A stretch of 63,107 bases of DNA, filler included, from Octopus bimaculoides (taxonomy: Eukaryota), in assembly GCF_001194135.2 (NCBI RefSeq). It is 5 parts of 5 records of this genome, joined end to end, with 100 filler letters (N's around TTAATTAATTAA, not from the genome) between each part and the next. Parts side by side here need not be neighbours in the genome. Positions count along the whole stretch, not along the records: positions 1 to 29,442 come from NC_068982.1; 4 more parts are not named here. One strand, 5' to 3'. Under the pieces are notes generated by a model. It saw nothing but the letters and a program-made list of their open reading frames with translations. It was not told the DNA's origin and did not search any database. Of this stretch, positions 1 to 12,403 are shown one piece after another; position 1 is the stretch's first letter; each line of letters opens with the position of its first letter. The position numbers were made by a program, and so were the translations under genes.

Positions 1-215
1 AGCTGAGGTGGCGAGAAATGCGATGCGCAGTTTCAGGTTTCGACGATGATTTTGCAGAAGTTGTGGTTCTGGGCAAAAATCCGTCAAGTTTTTAGGGATG
101 GGTGATTTCAGCCTCTCCAAACACTGTAGTCTTTGTCTACAACGCTCAAAGGACAAAAAGGACAGGCCCAAAACTTAAGAAAGCACACGGCCTACAACGT
201 ATTGTTTGTCTCGAC

Positions 216-638
216 CAGGGGTTCTCAGCTATTTTTCTTATCTATGGATCCCTTTGATGACTATTGTTTGCATTTTGGTGGACCCCCATAACCATTCGAT
301 GTTTAAAAACTAGTTTTATAGAAACTTCTTTAATAAATTCTGATGTTGATTTTCACCCGTATAGGTTTCACTCGTGTAGGTTTCACCCGTGTAGGTTTCA
401 CTCGTGTAGGTTTCACCCGTGTAGGTTTCACTTGTGTAGGTTGAACTATGTAAAATGTCAGAGAAAGAAACCTAGCAGTTTCACGCAATACATACCAATA
501 TATATATCTAAAGCAAAATGCTTTCCGGGGCTCTTAAAATACTATTATGGATTCTCAATTTACGATTTTGTTGCGTGAATCTCCAAAAATCTTATATGAA
601 CCTTTAGGGGCCATATGGATCCCGGTTTAGGACTACTG
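216..638. mobile_element. hAT-type (Charlie/Buster-like) MITE
   Basis: Starts CAGGGGTTCTCAGC. The reverse complement of the right end is CAGTAGTCCTAAACC (degenerate TIR). Flanked by 8-bp near-TSD GTCTCGAC (208-215) / GTCTAGAC (639-646), the typical NTCTAGAN target. Confidence 0.7.
350..443. repeat. 15-bp tandem repeat (GTAGGTTTCAC[C/T]CGT) x~6 inside the hAT MITE
   Basis: Directly visible; explains the RFHPC/RFHSC repeats in ORF 264..578. Confidence 0.95.
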
Positions 639-716
639 GTCTAGACAGATGCAGCACTGCTATGGCTGAACTATTTATGGGACTTGGGCTGTCAGTTTTG
701 ACTGTGTGTGGGATGG

Positions 717-718
717 AG

Positions 719-797
<79 letters not shown>

Positions 798-810
798 GAG
801 AGAGAGAAGA
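717..810. repeat. (GA)n microsatellite
   Basis: Direct. Confidence 0.99.
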
Positions 811-949
811 GAGGTCTACACGATAAGCATGTCACCCATCTAGCTCTTTCTGGAGGGTCTGACGTGAAGTATGAGCTGTCAGGTATAATTAATTGCAATT
901 TACTTATAGAGTTCCTATCAATCAGTTGACTTGATATCCAGGATGTGAG

Positions 950-1695
950 GGTAGGGTTTTATAGTGTGTAGATGTGTGCTGGGTATTCGTGACAGGCAGT
1001 GGTCGGATGACCCAGTAGGTGCACAGAAGTTCTGGTAGAGGCCGGGTTTGGAGTGTCTGTGTTGGTCAGTGAGGAGTGTAGTAGATAGAGGAGGGTTGCA
1101 AAAGATTTGGGATGAATGTAAAAGTCAAAGTAAGTTGTGAGCGTTGAAGTTATCGAGGACGAGTGAAGGCGCGTGGCTTAGTGGTTAAGGGTATTCAGCT
1201 TACGATCGCAAAGTCGTGAGTTCAATTCCCAGCGACGCGTTATGTCATTGAGCAAGACACTTTAATTCACGTTGCTCCAGTCGATTCAGCTGGCAAAATG
1301 AGTAATACCTGTATTTCAAAGGGCCAGCTTTTCCCATTCTGTGTCACGCCGAATCTCCCTGAGAATTACGTTAGGAATTATAAGTGTCTCTGGAGTACTC
1401 AGCCACTTGTACGTTAATTTCACGAGCAGGCTGTTCCGTTGACTGAATCAAGTGGAACACTCGTCGTCGTAACCGACGGAGGACGATATTTTCAAAGGGG
1501 ATTGAAGTGGTATTGATACCCTTTTCAAAAGCATTCGATGTCCTCGGTGTATTATGGTCGAAGAATTAGTGATGGCCGAAAGAGCTTAAAAAGCGGTAGG
1601 GGACACAGATATATTTGGCAGAATGGGGGACGGAGATTTCAATCAGAATAACCGTTGGACTGTGGGTTTGCTGGGGCACCGCATTGAAGAATTTT
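950..1695 (-). pseudogene. Decayed AP-endonuclease domain of a non-LTR retrotransposon, split by a SINE
   Basis: The minus strand reads ..AKYICVPYR.., then (SINE and one TSD removed) PFENIVLDNFNAH, then GSSDHCL. These match the APE motifs YRSP, GDFNAH and SDH. Stops and frameshifts present. Confidence 0.65.
1163..1478 (+). mobile_element. tRNA-derived SINE (head B + tail X)
   Basis: A/B-box-like head (TGGCTTAGTGG...GAGTTCAATTCC). 8-bp TSD GAGGACGA at 1155-1162 and 1479-1486. The 3' half is shared with the SINE at 8119. Confidence 0.9.
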
Positions 1696-2191
1696 NNNNN
1701 NNNNNNNNNNNNNNNNNNNNNNNNNNNNNNNNNNNNNNNNNNNNNNNNNNNNNNNNNNNNNNNNNNNNNNNNNNNNNNNNNNNNNNNNNNNNNNNNNNNN
1801 NNNNNNNNNNNNNNNNNNNNNNNNNNNNNNNNNNNNNNNNNNNNNNNNNNNNNNNNNNNNNNNNNNNNNNNNNNNNNNNNNNNNNNNNNNNNNNNNNNNN
1901 NNNNNNNNNNNNNNNNNNNNNNNNNNNNNNNNNNNNNNNNNNNNNNNNNNNNNNNNNNNNNNNNNNNNNNNNNNNNNNNNNNNNNNNNNNNNNNNNNNNN
2001 NNNNNNNNNNNNNNNNNNNNNNNNNNNNNNNNNNNNNNNNNNNNNNNNNNNNNNNNNNNNNNNNNNNNNNNNNNNNNNNNNNNNNNNNNNNNNNNNNNNN
2101 NNNNNNNNNNNNNNNNNNNNNNNNNNNNNNNNNNNNNNNNNNNNNNNNNNNNNNNNNNNNNNNNNNNNNNNNNNNNNNNNNNNNNNNNNNN

Positions 2192-2458
2192 TTAACAGTC
2201 TAGTTAATCAGAAATGTCAGAACTAACGGGGATTAATACGATATACACCGTTACAGCGCTAACTGTTTTCAACTGAATAGACGTCAGTGATTAGTAGAAA
2301 TTATCGAAATAAGACAATTTTTAACGTGAATTAACTTCGAATAGAAAATTTTTTATCTGTTCTATACCACAAAATATACAAGTATACGAAGTTTGAAAGT
2401 GTTTCGGTACCAAAAACACTACATAAAAAATGTTGCTCGTCAAACCCCAAAGATCCAA
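2192..2458. mobile_element. Right half of the GATCC-terminated non-autonomous element family
   Basis: Shares GACGTCAGTGATT(A/G)GT..AAATTATCGAAATAAGACAA and GAAGTTTGAAAGT..TTCGGTACCAAAA with 19030-19272 (partly with 52823-53146). Ends AGATCC. Confidence 0.7.
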
Positions 2459-2459
2459 G

Positions 2460-2504
<45 letters not shown>

Positions 2505-3110
2505 GTTATACACGATTCCTATTGATGTTTATTTTTACGATCCCTTTTGATCGAAAATCTAGTACCTTTCATTATTTTTTTTATTTTTTCATTTTTTCTA
2601 TTTTCTTTTTTTTTCTTTCCTTCCTTCTCCTCCCCAAAAGAAAAGCCCTACTTTGTAACTTGTCCCCTCTGTGTTTAGCTCTGTGTGGCTAATAAAGAAA
2701 CATATCTATAGGGTGCTAGTTACCTACCTACCTACCTACCTACCTACCTACTTGCTAATCCATCGATCCATCCAGCCATCCATCCGTCCCTCACACCAAC
2801 CATCCATTCATCTATCCATCAAGCAAGCAAGCAATCTCTGCCTGTTGGTTAGTCACCTTCTTTTAAAACACACACACACACACGCACGCACGCACGCACA
2901 CACACACACACACATACACACACGCGTACACGCATACACATACACACGTGTCGTTCACACGTTCATTCATTTATTCATTCATACACACGACAAGCAAATT
3001 CACTAAACAATAAAAATATTGTTAAAAACAGAAAACCCGATGCACACATTTACAACCACGACCTGCTAGAAATAACAGCCAAATCTCAAATTACACGCTA
3101 CCGTCATGAA

Positions 3111-3195
<85 letters not shown>

Positions 3196-3368
3196 TTTTG
3201 GATAATGTGTCCCACTTGGATAAAATGAACAATATGTTCCAAGGCAGTACTCTTGGAAAGACGTGATGGTCATGGCTGATCCTTGTTTTCTGCCGCCAAA
3301 GCTGACCAGGGACAAAACAACAACAGCAACAACAAGAAGCACACAATACATAGTATGTAGTGACTTAC

Positions 3369-3393
3369 CGATGACTTTAGGCCATGTCCCACA
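3369..3393 (-). other. Candidate 25-nt micro-exon
   Basis: Minus strand: TTTTTTTATATCTGTTACTACAG | TGTGGGACATGGCCTAAAGTCATCG | GTAAGT. Canonical acceptor and donor; could be chance. Confidence 0.25.
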
Positions 3394-4783
3394 CTGTAGT
3401 AACAGATATAAAAAAACATATCTAATCTCGAATTGTAAACCGGGTTTGCGAAGAGATGTAGTTCTTTGGTGTAAGAACCAGATTCTTTTTAATGCACTAA
3501 AATCGCATGCCATATTTTTTTTTCATTCTTGACAAAAATTTCTCCATTGATATTGCATATGATCGATCTGTTACAGTTTCTTTGTTTATTTTTGCAATAT
3601 TTTATATATGAATGTTATTGTCTGTTCATTGTGGCTGTTTGTCCCACGGGCAACCTTCGACGTTTTCTTTAAACCAATATTTTCACCCAATATATTTTTT
3701 TAACCCAATATTTTCACGCTATTAGTTTATATGTTTTCATATGCTTTCACGCTGTTAATTTATATGCTTCAAGATCCAATGTTCCAAAGAAGAATTATAT
3801 GTGTGTGTATGTTAAAATGATTTCAGTATTGGCATTTTGTTTTTCAAGATTGAGATATCCAGACAGTCGAGAATTCAAAATTCATACTATCGGATGAAGA
3901 CGAGTTTGTAACAATACAATTAATGATACAGTTAATTTGTAATGTACACCCGTGATTTAAACCACCTTAAAAAGCGTGGTGATATTACATATCTACAGAT
4001 ATTTATATCTTCTACAGAATGTGTAATAAATAAATATGTGTTGTGTTGTGAGTCCCGTTATATACTTAGTATTGACGTTTTTTTTCTTTTAGTTTAATAA
4101 ATTCATTTGATATTGAGTAAATAAAGGAAGAAAATGTATTACGAATGAGTAAATTGTTGTATGAGATAATACGTAACAGAATTAACATTATATGTTACTT
4201 AACTGGGTTACTTATGTTGTTCATAGCAACAACCAGAATTAATTGTGAAATTATAAGAAACAGTGAGTGAGTGGAAGGGAGAGAACTATGTAAGGAATAA
4301 AATGATAAGGGGAAATTCTGTGCTTTGAGCAATGAAGTGAGGATACTGTGTAAATATAAAAAGATATTTACTTTTAACGAAAATCTTATTTATGTTTACT
4401 ATATGTATGTGTATACATAAAGCACCGCGACGCGTAATCACGGGATGTGAGTTCGAATCCACAGCTAACCACCTACACTTTTTTCTGCAAAATAGGGGTA
4501 GCTTATCCTGTTCAGGCTATATTATTAGCATTATCCAGCGTTTGAGAATTTAAAATCACTTCTATATATGAGCATGTCTAGACATATACATACATACTTA
4601 ATACATACATATACATATACACGCGCATATATATATATACATGCGCACATATGTATAAATATCCATACATACTTTCACACACATATACATACATATATAC
4701 ACACATATGCATGCACACACATATATACCTATACATACATATATATACACATACATACAAACAACCAAACATATATACATACA

Positions 4784-4819
<36 letters not shown>

Positions 4820-5413
4820 TANNNNNNNNNNNNNNNNNNNNNNNNNNNNNNNNNNNNNNNNNNNNNNNNNNNNNNNNNNNNNNNNNNNNNNNNNNNNNNN
4901 NNNNNNNNNNNNNNNNNNNNNNNNNNNNNNNNNNNNNNNNNNNNNNNNNNNNNNNNNNNNNNNNNNNNNNNNNNNNNNNNNNNNNNNNNNNNNNNNNNNN
5001 NNNNNNNNNNNNNNNNNNNNNNNNNNNNNNNNNNNNNNNNNNNNNNNNNNNNNNNNNNNNNNNNNNNNNNNNNNNNNNNNNNNNNNNNNNNNNNNNNNNN
5101 NNNNNNNNNNNNNNNNNNNNNNNNNNNNNNNNNNNNNNNNNNNNNNNNNNNNNNNNNNNNNNNNNNNNNNNNNNNNNNNNNNNNNNNNNNNNNNNNNNNN
5201 NNNNNNNNNNNNNNNNNNNNNNNNNNNNNNNNNNNNNNNNNNNNNNNNNNNNNNNNNNNNNNNNNNNNNNNNNNNNNNNNNNNNNNNNNNNNNNNNNNNN
5301 NNNNNNNNNNNNNNNNNNNNNNNNNNNNNNNNNNNNNNNNNNNNNNNNNNNNNNNNNNNNNNNNNNNNNNNNNNNNNNNNNNNNNNNNNNNNNNNNNNNN
5401 NNNNNNNNNNNNN

Positions 5414-6436
5414 GCACCACTCTTTCCCACTGTTATAAATATTAACAAGTGCGGGCGTAGCAGAGAGCAGCCTGCTCTGTCATCACCTGACTGACTATTC
5501 CTTGCGCGGGTAAATTATCTCGTACCGTTCCCGCCAGGACGCAAACTGACCAACCGTAGCCCCTAATAAGGTCACGTGATAGTGTTTTTCTAATGCTTCT
5601 CTGGAGCCTACCTTCAACTATAAATAGCCTGCTAGATACCCGGCAAATTCGTCGCGGCTCAGATCTTAGATCTGGTCGTTCCGACCACACACGCGTAGCA
5701 CAGCACAAACCAACCAACCAGTTTCCAGCGACGACATCAACACCATCGTACAACTACGAACTACAAGCATCGCCCCCGACGTCGCCAGCAGCAACACAAC
5801 TCTATGTACTACCAGCATCGCCGCCAGCGTCAACATGACTCTACACGTACACAAGCTACCGACAGCTAACCGCAGCTTCTCTTCTCAGCCCTGTTTGTGT
5901 GAATCGCCTCACCACGAAATTAACAGACAAGAACCCAGCCTGCGAAGAACATCTGTATTCAAGAACCCGGCCCGGCATTGAAGCCCTAACATCACGACGA
6001 GTGATCGCTCTGCCCTAACGCTTTAACTTCTTATATACAGACACTTACCACTGTGTACTCTAACTAAGAACTGGTGTAATACCAATACGTGTTACTGACT
6101 CTATTCTATACTATGTATCACTTACATTCACATACATCTATTACTTGCACACATTCTTTTCTTTACATGACGGCCTGTCTATATTGTGGTTTATTATGTC
6201 GCATTCACACACACACAGACATACAGTTTAATGCTCCAATAAATCTTACTGTTATACATTTCTATCGGTTGCGTCCTATCTTGTCCTTCCTGGCATTTAC
6301 GAATTCTTTATGTTATAGAATTATAACATAATATCATTCATATATTTTTGTGTTCGACCGTATGACGCGTTAATAAAGGAGCCTGTTTTTCCATTCGTCA
6401 CCATTTCTCCTTTTGGTTCGCACGGTCGTTCTTACA
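5414..6436 (+). mobile_element. Probable solo LTR (5' end lost in gap)
   Basis: About 1 kb, GC-richer than its flanks. CACGTG near 5573, TATAAATA at 5619, AATAAA at 6238 and 6372. Ends ..CGTTCTTACA, then (TA)n; no PBS follows. Confidence 0.6.
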
Positions 6437-6505
6437 TATATATATNNNNNNNNNNNNNNNNNNNNNNNNNNNNNNNNNNNNNNNNNNNNNNNNNNNNNNN
6501 NNNNN

Positions 6506-6765
6506 CTAAAGTCCCTTAAAGGATGCAAGCATCCTAGTTCACCGGTTTATAACAGCGTTCAGAGAAAACCAAGTATATGAATTTATCACCGAAACGTGTA
6601 GGCATTTAAATAAACCTTTTTAAATAAGAAAACGAAGAAAATGGATGAAAATTTACGTTCAGATGTTTTTATTTAAAGACATTCAAATTCACACATAGAA
6701 ATTCTTACCTACAGCTGTTTTCATACATAGTTCTTTAATTTCAGAAATAAAATTCCATATTCGAA
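6506..6765 (+). mobile_element. Penelope-like element end with a decayed long-stem hammerhead relic
   Basis: CCGAAACGTGTAGGC (GAAA + short palindromic stem III + GUA). The upstream CUGANGA box is degraded (CCCTTAAAGG). Confidence 0.35.
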
Positions 6766-6876
6766 ACCAGTGTGTGTGTGTGCGTGTGTGTGTGTGTGTG
6801 TGTGCGTGCGCGCGTGCGCGTGTATATATGTATGTGTATACATATACACATATATATCCCCTATTTCATCTGATAG

Positions 6877-6957
<81 letters not shown>

Positions 6958-6959
6958 CC

Positions 6960-7150
6960 TTTATACTGGAAGCACAAGGCCTCAAATTTGGGGGAAGGGA
7001 CTAAGTCGATTACATCGACCCCAATGCTCATCTGATACTTATTTAATCGACCCCGAAAGGATGAAAGGCAAAGTCAACCTCGGCGGAATTTAAACTCAGA
7101 ACGTAACGACACGATTTCGCCCGACGTACTAACTATTCTGCCAGATCAAC
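6960..7150 (-). mobile_element. SINE type C
   Basis: ATCGACCCCGAAAGGATGAAAGGCAAAGTCAACCTCGGCGGAATTTAAACTCAGAACG; homologous to 15424-15650. Confidence 0.85.
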
Positions 7151-7171
7151 GCCTTAATACTGCTGCTGCTG

Positions 7172-7219
<48 letters not shown>

Positions 7220-8118
7220 ATAATAATAATAATAATAATAATAATGACGATAATGTTAGGAAAATATTTAGCTTCTGACCATTAGTTATTGATCAGATGC
7301 TAAATGTTTTTGAAACCAAACGTTCTCAGTCTGTATGGTTTCCAAGCAAATGACATATGGAACCTGTCAAACAAGTTTACGCAGAGTAACGGATTTACAC
7401 AGGTCAACAAGATGCTTTTAGTGTTGAATCGTCAGGCAACTATAAATAAAGAATAATCAATAATTAAGAAAGTGATAAAGCGGGCGGAAAAAAAAAGAAT
7501 ATTGTTGTTAAAGGGAAGTAATTAATATTAAATGCATTAAACTTCTTCAGATTTATTCCCCTTGTCACATTATTATTACTGTTTCACCCTGAGGTAAAAA
7601 AAAAATCTTTTATAATCAAATACTATTCCCAAGAAATTTTGTCAGAACTAAGACATTTTTGTCTTGATTTTAAACTAATTACTCAGAATAAAAAGACAGG
7701 ACATTCCTTAAATGGAAATTAGGTTCCTTAAAACAATAAAAACCCACTTCTGATGTACCTGTGCACTCTTTGCTCTTTATGTCTCTTTTCCTGTTCACTT
7801 TTCTGTCTTCTTGTGTTTTATCCTTCGTGCTATGCATGAACTGGTTTGGCTATCATCGTTATCTTTCTTTATTTGATTTATTACCGCTTTCTGTTTCATC
7901 TTTTATATCTTGCAACGAGTTGAAGTACATCTAAGTTGAAGTAAACTATTATCAACGGAAAGCGATACTTATTTAGCGCTCAGGGAGGCAGGGCGAATAA
8001 AGTGTAAAGTCAAGCAATGGATTTGATCTTAGAACATTAAGACACGCAAATAAGTACTGCAACACATTCTATCCGATGGTTTTGTACCGATTGTGGCATT
8101 CATTGTCTTCTTCAAACA

Positions 8119-8492
8119 TGTTGTTGGCACTCCGTCGCTTACGACGACGAGGGTTCCAGTTGATCCGATCAACGGAACAGCCTGCTCGTGAAATTAACGT
8201 GCAAGTGGCTGAGCACTCCACAGACACGTGTACCCTTAACGTAGTACTCGGGGATATTCAGCGTGACAAGGCTGACCCTTTGAAATACAGGCACAACAGA
8301 AACAGGAAGTAAGATGAGAGAAAGTTGTGGTGAAAAAGTACAGCAGGGTTCGCCACCATCCCCTGCCGGAGCCTCGTGGAGCTTTAGGTGTTTTCGCTCA
8401 ATAAACACTCACAACGCCCGGTCAAGGAATCGAAACCGCGATCCTATGACCGCGAGTCCGCTGCCCTAACCATTGGGCCATTGCGCCTCCAC
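8119..8492 (-). mobile_element. Full-length tRNA-derived SINE (head A + tail X, (CAA)n end)
   Basis: Head TGGAGGCGCAATGGCCCAATGGTTAGGGCAGCGG. 10-bp TSD TCTTCAAACA at 8109-8118 and 8493-8502. Confidence 0.95.
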
Positions 8493-8854
8493 TCTTCAAA
8501 CACACTAAATATTATTAAGAATATTTTCATGTCTTCCATTGGCACAAGGTTATACATCTGTATGTAAGTGGCATAGTTCACGGAATAGTTAACCGAACAT
8601 ATCAAGCGCCAGTTATATTATCTAGTGATAGGGGAAAGGTAAAGCCAATTGGATTTGAAACCCTGAGCGTGGAGTGTATTGACTCTGGAAAGAGAATCGG
8701 TTTCGGTATTTGCATAGTAACATTTCTAAATAGGCAACTAGTATTTACCCATTGCAATTCTAGAACTACCATTAAACTTGAATTAGACACACTGTCTTTT
8801 TACATTACCCTACGACGACGACCACCACCACCACCACCACCACCACCACCTTTA

Positions 8855-9391
8855 CGGTCTGGCTGCCGCCTTAATGCTGGTAGTTTCACTCGTCACACCG
8901 AGCTCAACTTAATCATTAAGCGAGCCCTGGCTCGGGTTAATATTTCCTCAGTTCTGGAGCCGACGGGATTATCCAGAAGTAATGGGAAGAGACCAGACGG
9001 TCTTACCCTCTGTTCCTGGGCAAGAAGTAGGTGCCTTATCCGGGACGTGACACTCTGTGACCCCTTTTTGTCCCTCCCACATCCTGGATGCTGCGGTAAA
9101 TGGGAAGGTCACTCCTCCGTAGCTGAACGGAACAAAATCCTGAAGTATCGGGACCTATCTGTGAATTATCTCTTCCAGCCAGTGGCGTTTGATATGTTTC
9201 GAGGGGATGGGCCGCTAACAGCGAAGTTTTTTTCATTGTTGGCAGCTCACCATACCGAGATATTAAGTGATGCCCGTAAGGGTGCTTGGCTGTTCCAATG
9301 CCTTAACCTCGCTTTCGCCCGTGGTAATGCCGCGAGTGCGTTGGCTTGTTTCAGTAGGTTTCGTCAAACCTTGTGGCTTGCGACCAATTGA
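8855..9391 (+). pseudogene. 5'-truncated CRE-clade non-LTR retrotransposon, restriction-like endonuclease (RLE) domain
   Basis: RH..LN..IKRAL...EP.GL.R.NGKRPDGLTL..W...CLIRDVT..D...AE..K..KY..L...Y.FQPVA.D...Q.L..A..RGNAAS is the characteristic CRE C-terminal PD-(D/E)xK region. Begins right after a (CCA)n tract. Confidence 0.85.
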
Positions 9392-9534
9392 GGTATTTGG
9401 TGTCGCATTGACGCTTTTCCCTTTTTTCTTTCTTTTCTGTTTTTCTTTTTTCTGTTTTTCTTTTTTCTTTCTTGTTCTTTCCTTGATCCTCTTCTTCCAT
9501 TTTTTATTTTTGAACATTAGATAAATGGATATAA

Positions 9535-10770
9535 GCACACCAACAATGAACTAAAAGTTGGAGGAGGACGGCATAAACTACCTGCATCAACTTGCTATAA
9601 AAGCAGGTAGTAATTTTACCTTGTACTTATTCTTAGTGCAAGTTTTGAAAAGTGCAGTTAGATTTTAACAGTAATTTTTTCAAGGCTATAATGGAAGTGA
9701 CAAAGGAGCATATTCGGCATATTTTGCTTTAAGAGTTCAGTAAAGGCAACAACGCAATTGAAAGTGTAAGGAATATTAATGCAGTATATGGGGATTCGAC
9801 AATAAGCATAAGCCAGTGGCAATGGTTCCAGAAATTCTGAGCCAGAAACTACAGCCTACAAGACGAGCCTCGTCTTGGAAGATCAGTAGAACTCGACGAG
9901 GGCGTCCTGCAAATCCTGGTGGAACAAAATCTCATTGTAACTGTTTAGGAACTAGCAGAGAAGCTTGGATTTGGTCATTCAACTATTCGTCGACGCCTGT
10001 GTTCTATCGGAAAAGTTAGCAAATTGGGTCAATGGGTTCCTCACAAATTTTCCGAGTCTAATCGCGCGCAGAGAGTGAATGTGTGCTCTTCTTTGGTGTC
10101 ACGAATGAACCTTTTTTCGGACCGAATAGTGGCTGCTGATGAGAAATAGGCTCTCTATAAAAATGTCAAGCGCCGAAGACGCTTGGTAGGGAAAGGAGAA
10201 ACACTGGCACTCCAGGCTAAAGAAGGCCTTCGCCCACGTAAGGTGTTGTTATCTGTATGGTGGGATATGAAAAGTTTAGTCCACTCTGAACTTTTAAATC
10301 CAAACCAAACGATAACAAAGGCGATTTACTGCGAGCAGCTTGAGCGGCTTAAGTCAGCGCTAGAAGAAAACGACCATCTTTGGTTTCAAGACGAAAGGTA
10401 TTCTTCCATCAGGATAATGATCGGCCACATACAGCGTGGAAGACATTCCAAAGGCTAGAGCAGTTTGAATGGGAAACGATGCCCCACCCACCATATTGTG
10501 CCTGACATTGCCCCATATGATTATCATTTATTCCGCAGTCTTCAAAATCAGTTGAATTCTCTAGATGAGATCAGAACAGTATTGGCGGAGTATTTTTCGT
10601 CAAGGACAAGTGAATTTTGGAAGAGGGTCCTTGCAAGTTTACCAGATAGATGGAAGAACATAGCAGAAAATGAAGGAGAGAATATTGTAGATTAAAAAAT
10701 AATTTTGTTTATCTTAATTTTTTAAAATAGAAGAAGTATAAAACACCGCATTATTTATGGGATGGCCCAA
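9535..10770 (+). mobile_element. Decayed mariner (D,D34D-type) transposon; left TIR missing
   Basis: Pseudo-ORF 9692-10695: MEVTKEHIRH.., WVPH, ADEK, WWD, HQDN.RPH, PPY.PDIAP.DYHLF, RW..I.ENEG. Right TIR ..CCGCATTATTTATGGGATGGCCCAA followed by TA. Several stops and frameshifts. Confidence 0.95.
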
Positions 10771-10904
10771 TAATTTAAAATTGATATTAATATATTTCAC
10801 TGTTGTTATTCAAGCGGAAAAATTATGAACGACACCAGGAATTTGACACTGTCGTGCGTTCGCAAATGATTTTTGTTGTGAAATAAATAATTCATCTAAT
10901 GTAA

Positions 10905-11210
10905 ATTTTTTGTGCTGTCTGGGGAGAGTCATTTTGTCTTTACGCCTTATTAACTAACAAACTCGCCGGTTCGATTTCCACTCAGTTTATTTATATATTC
11001 ATTTTTCTCTTTCAGAATTTTCGTTGCTTCTTGCAACCTTCTCAATAGTTGTTGACAGTCAATAACTATTGAGAAGTTTGTAAGAAGCAACGAAAACTCC
11101 GGAAGAGAAAAAAATAAATATATGTATTAATTGAATGAAAATCGAACCGGTGAGTGTGTTAGTTAATAAGGCGTAAAGACAAAATGACGCTCCCCAGACA
11201 CAACAAAATT
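10905..11210. mobile_element. Near-perfect ~300-bp palindromic (foldback/MITE-like) element
   Basis: Arms TGTCTGGGGAGAGTCATTTTGTCTTTACGCCTTATTAACTAAC.. / ..GTTAGTTAATAAGGCGTAAAGACAAAATGACGCTCCCCAGACA. Centre of symmetry at 11057 (GTTGAC-A-GTCAAT). Confidence 0.9.
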
Positions 11211-11232
11211 TGCTTCAATACCTGAATTCACA

Positions 11233-11452
11233 TAAAGAATCTTGCAAACTAGATATAAAAACGAAGTAAATTTATTGTTTCGTTTTTGGATTTGGTTTGC
11301 AAGATTCTTTATGTCTGTTCGAGTCAAAGCTATTGAAATGGTTGCAAGACGCAACGAAAATTTTAGAAAATAAAGAAGGAAATAAGTGGAAATTTTACCA
11401 GTGTGTGTGTTAAATTATAAGACACTAAAAAAGAATGACTCTCCCCAGACAC
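11233..11452. mobile_element. Older partial copy of the same palindromic family with an internal hairpin
   Basis: Hairpin TAAAGAATCTTGCAAAC..GTTTGCAAGATTCTTTA; ends GAATGACTCTCCCCAGACAC. A related fragment lies at ~42165-42222. Confidence 0.7.
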
Positions 11453-12403
11453 GAAAGTCAATTTATTGAATTACACTTAAAACTTTATGCAAGGGAGGTA
11501 ACTTTGAAAAACGTCTAAGGGACATAATTACTACGTTCTTGTGAGTACGCCAATTTAATGAGTAGGCGTTGGCAGAATGAATGAATGAATGAATAAAAAA
11601 GGTGACATGCAGGATTTCTGCCAGCTCGTCATATTCTAAGTTTAAATACTGTTGGGGTCAACATTGTCTTTCATCCTTTTCTAGAATCCTTAAAATGTGT
11701 CAGTCAAATACTGGGGTCGAAGTAATCGACTAACTCTCCACCATTTCAAAATTACTGGCCTTGGGCCTACATCAGAAGCCATTAATATGCTTACAAAAAC
11801 ATAAAAAAAAACAAACGTAAGTATACAAGTATGAGGCGAAGGTAAAATTTATAATCATGGATTATTAACTGTATTTAATTAATTTTTCTTTTTTATTTTC
11901 ATGGGCACCAACCTTCAGCCATATCTTGGTTTCATGCTGAGCTCACTAGCGAAGCTTAACCTTCTCTCTAGTTATGAAAGTAGAGACACAACAATACCTT
12001 TCGGAGATGAAAAATTTAATTTTTTAGTGTCTGAATAATTCAGAAACTACTTCCACATTTTAAACAAAGTAATTATAAGTAAATGTAAAATTTAGTTACA
12101 GTATGCTTCGAGAATGCCGTCTCCTTAGGAAGGAGTTTATCTCGCTTTCTGAAGCGCTTAAGCGACTGAGAATACAAGACTCCCTAGATCCTGGACAAAT
12201 GAGTTTTGTACGGTTAATCCCATCCAGCTGCTGCTGATATTTATTTTCAGTTGGATAGATAGATGAAACACGAAATGAAATTTCTTGTTCAAGGACTCAG
12301 CACATCGCTTGGACCACTTATCTTGTCCGCACGCAACTAATGATAAGTTATTGGGTAGATCTTTCTGTAACAAGTTGAAGAGGTTGTCTTTCTCTTTGTC
12401 CTC

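Noticed and set aside
4424-4475. tRNA-like stretch with B-box GAGTTCGAATCC
   Set aside because: No acceptor stem or D-arm can be formed; it is a SINE-head or tRNA fragment.
7546-7595. Possible 43-nt plus-strand exon (FIPLVTLLLLFHPE)
   Set aside because: Weak donor (GTAAAA) and low-complexity context; insufficient support.
8123-8490. tRNA genes at SINE heads
   Set aside because: The heads run into SINE bodies, have TSDs and lack a complete cloverleaf.
8669-8855. N-terminal part and poly-Pro of ORF 8669..9391 as a real protein start
   Set aside because: The poly-Pro is a (CCA)n microsatellite; only the downstream RLE part has family motifs.
10135-10150. CTGATGAGAAA as a hammerhead core
   Set aside because: No stem II; it is the ADEK codons of the mariner transposase. 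CTGATGA at ~15241 likewise lacks a paired GAAA.
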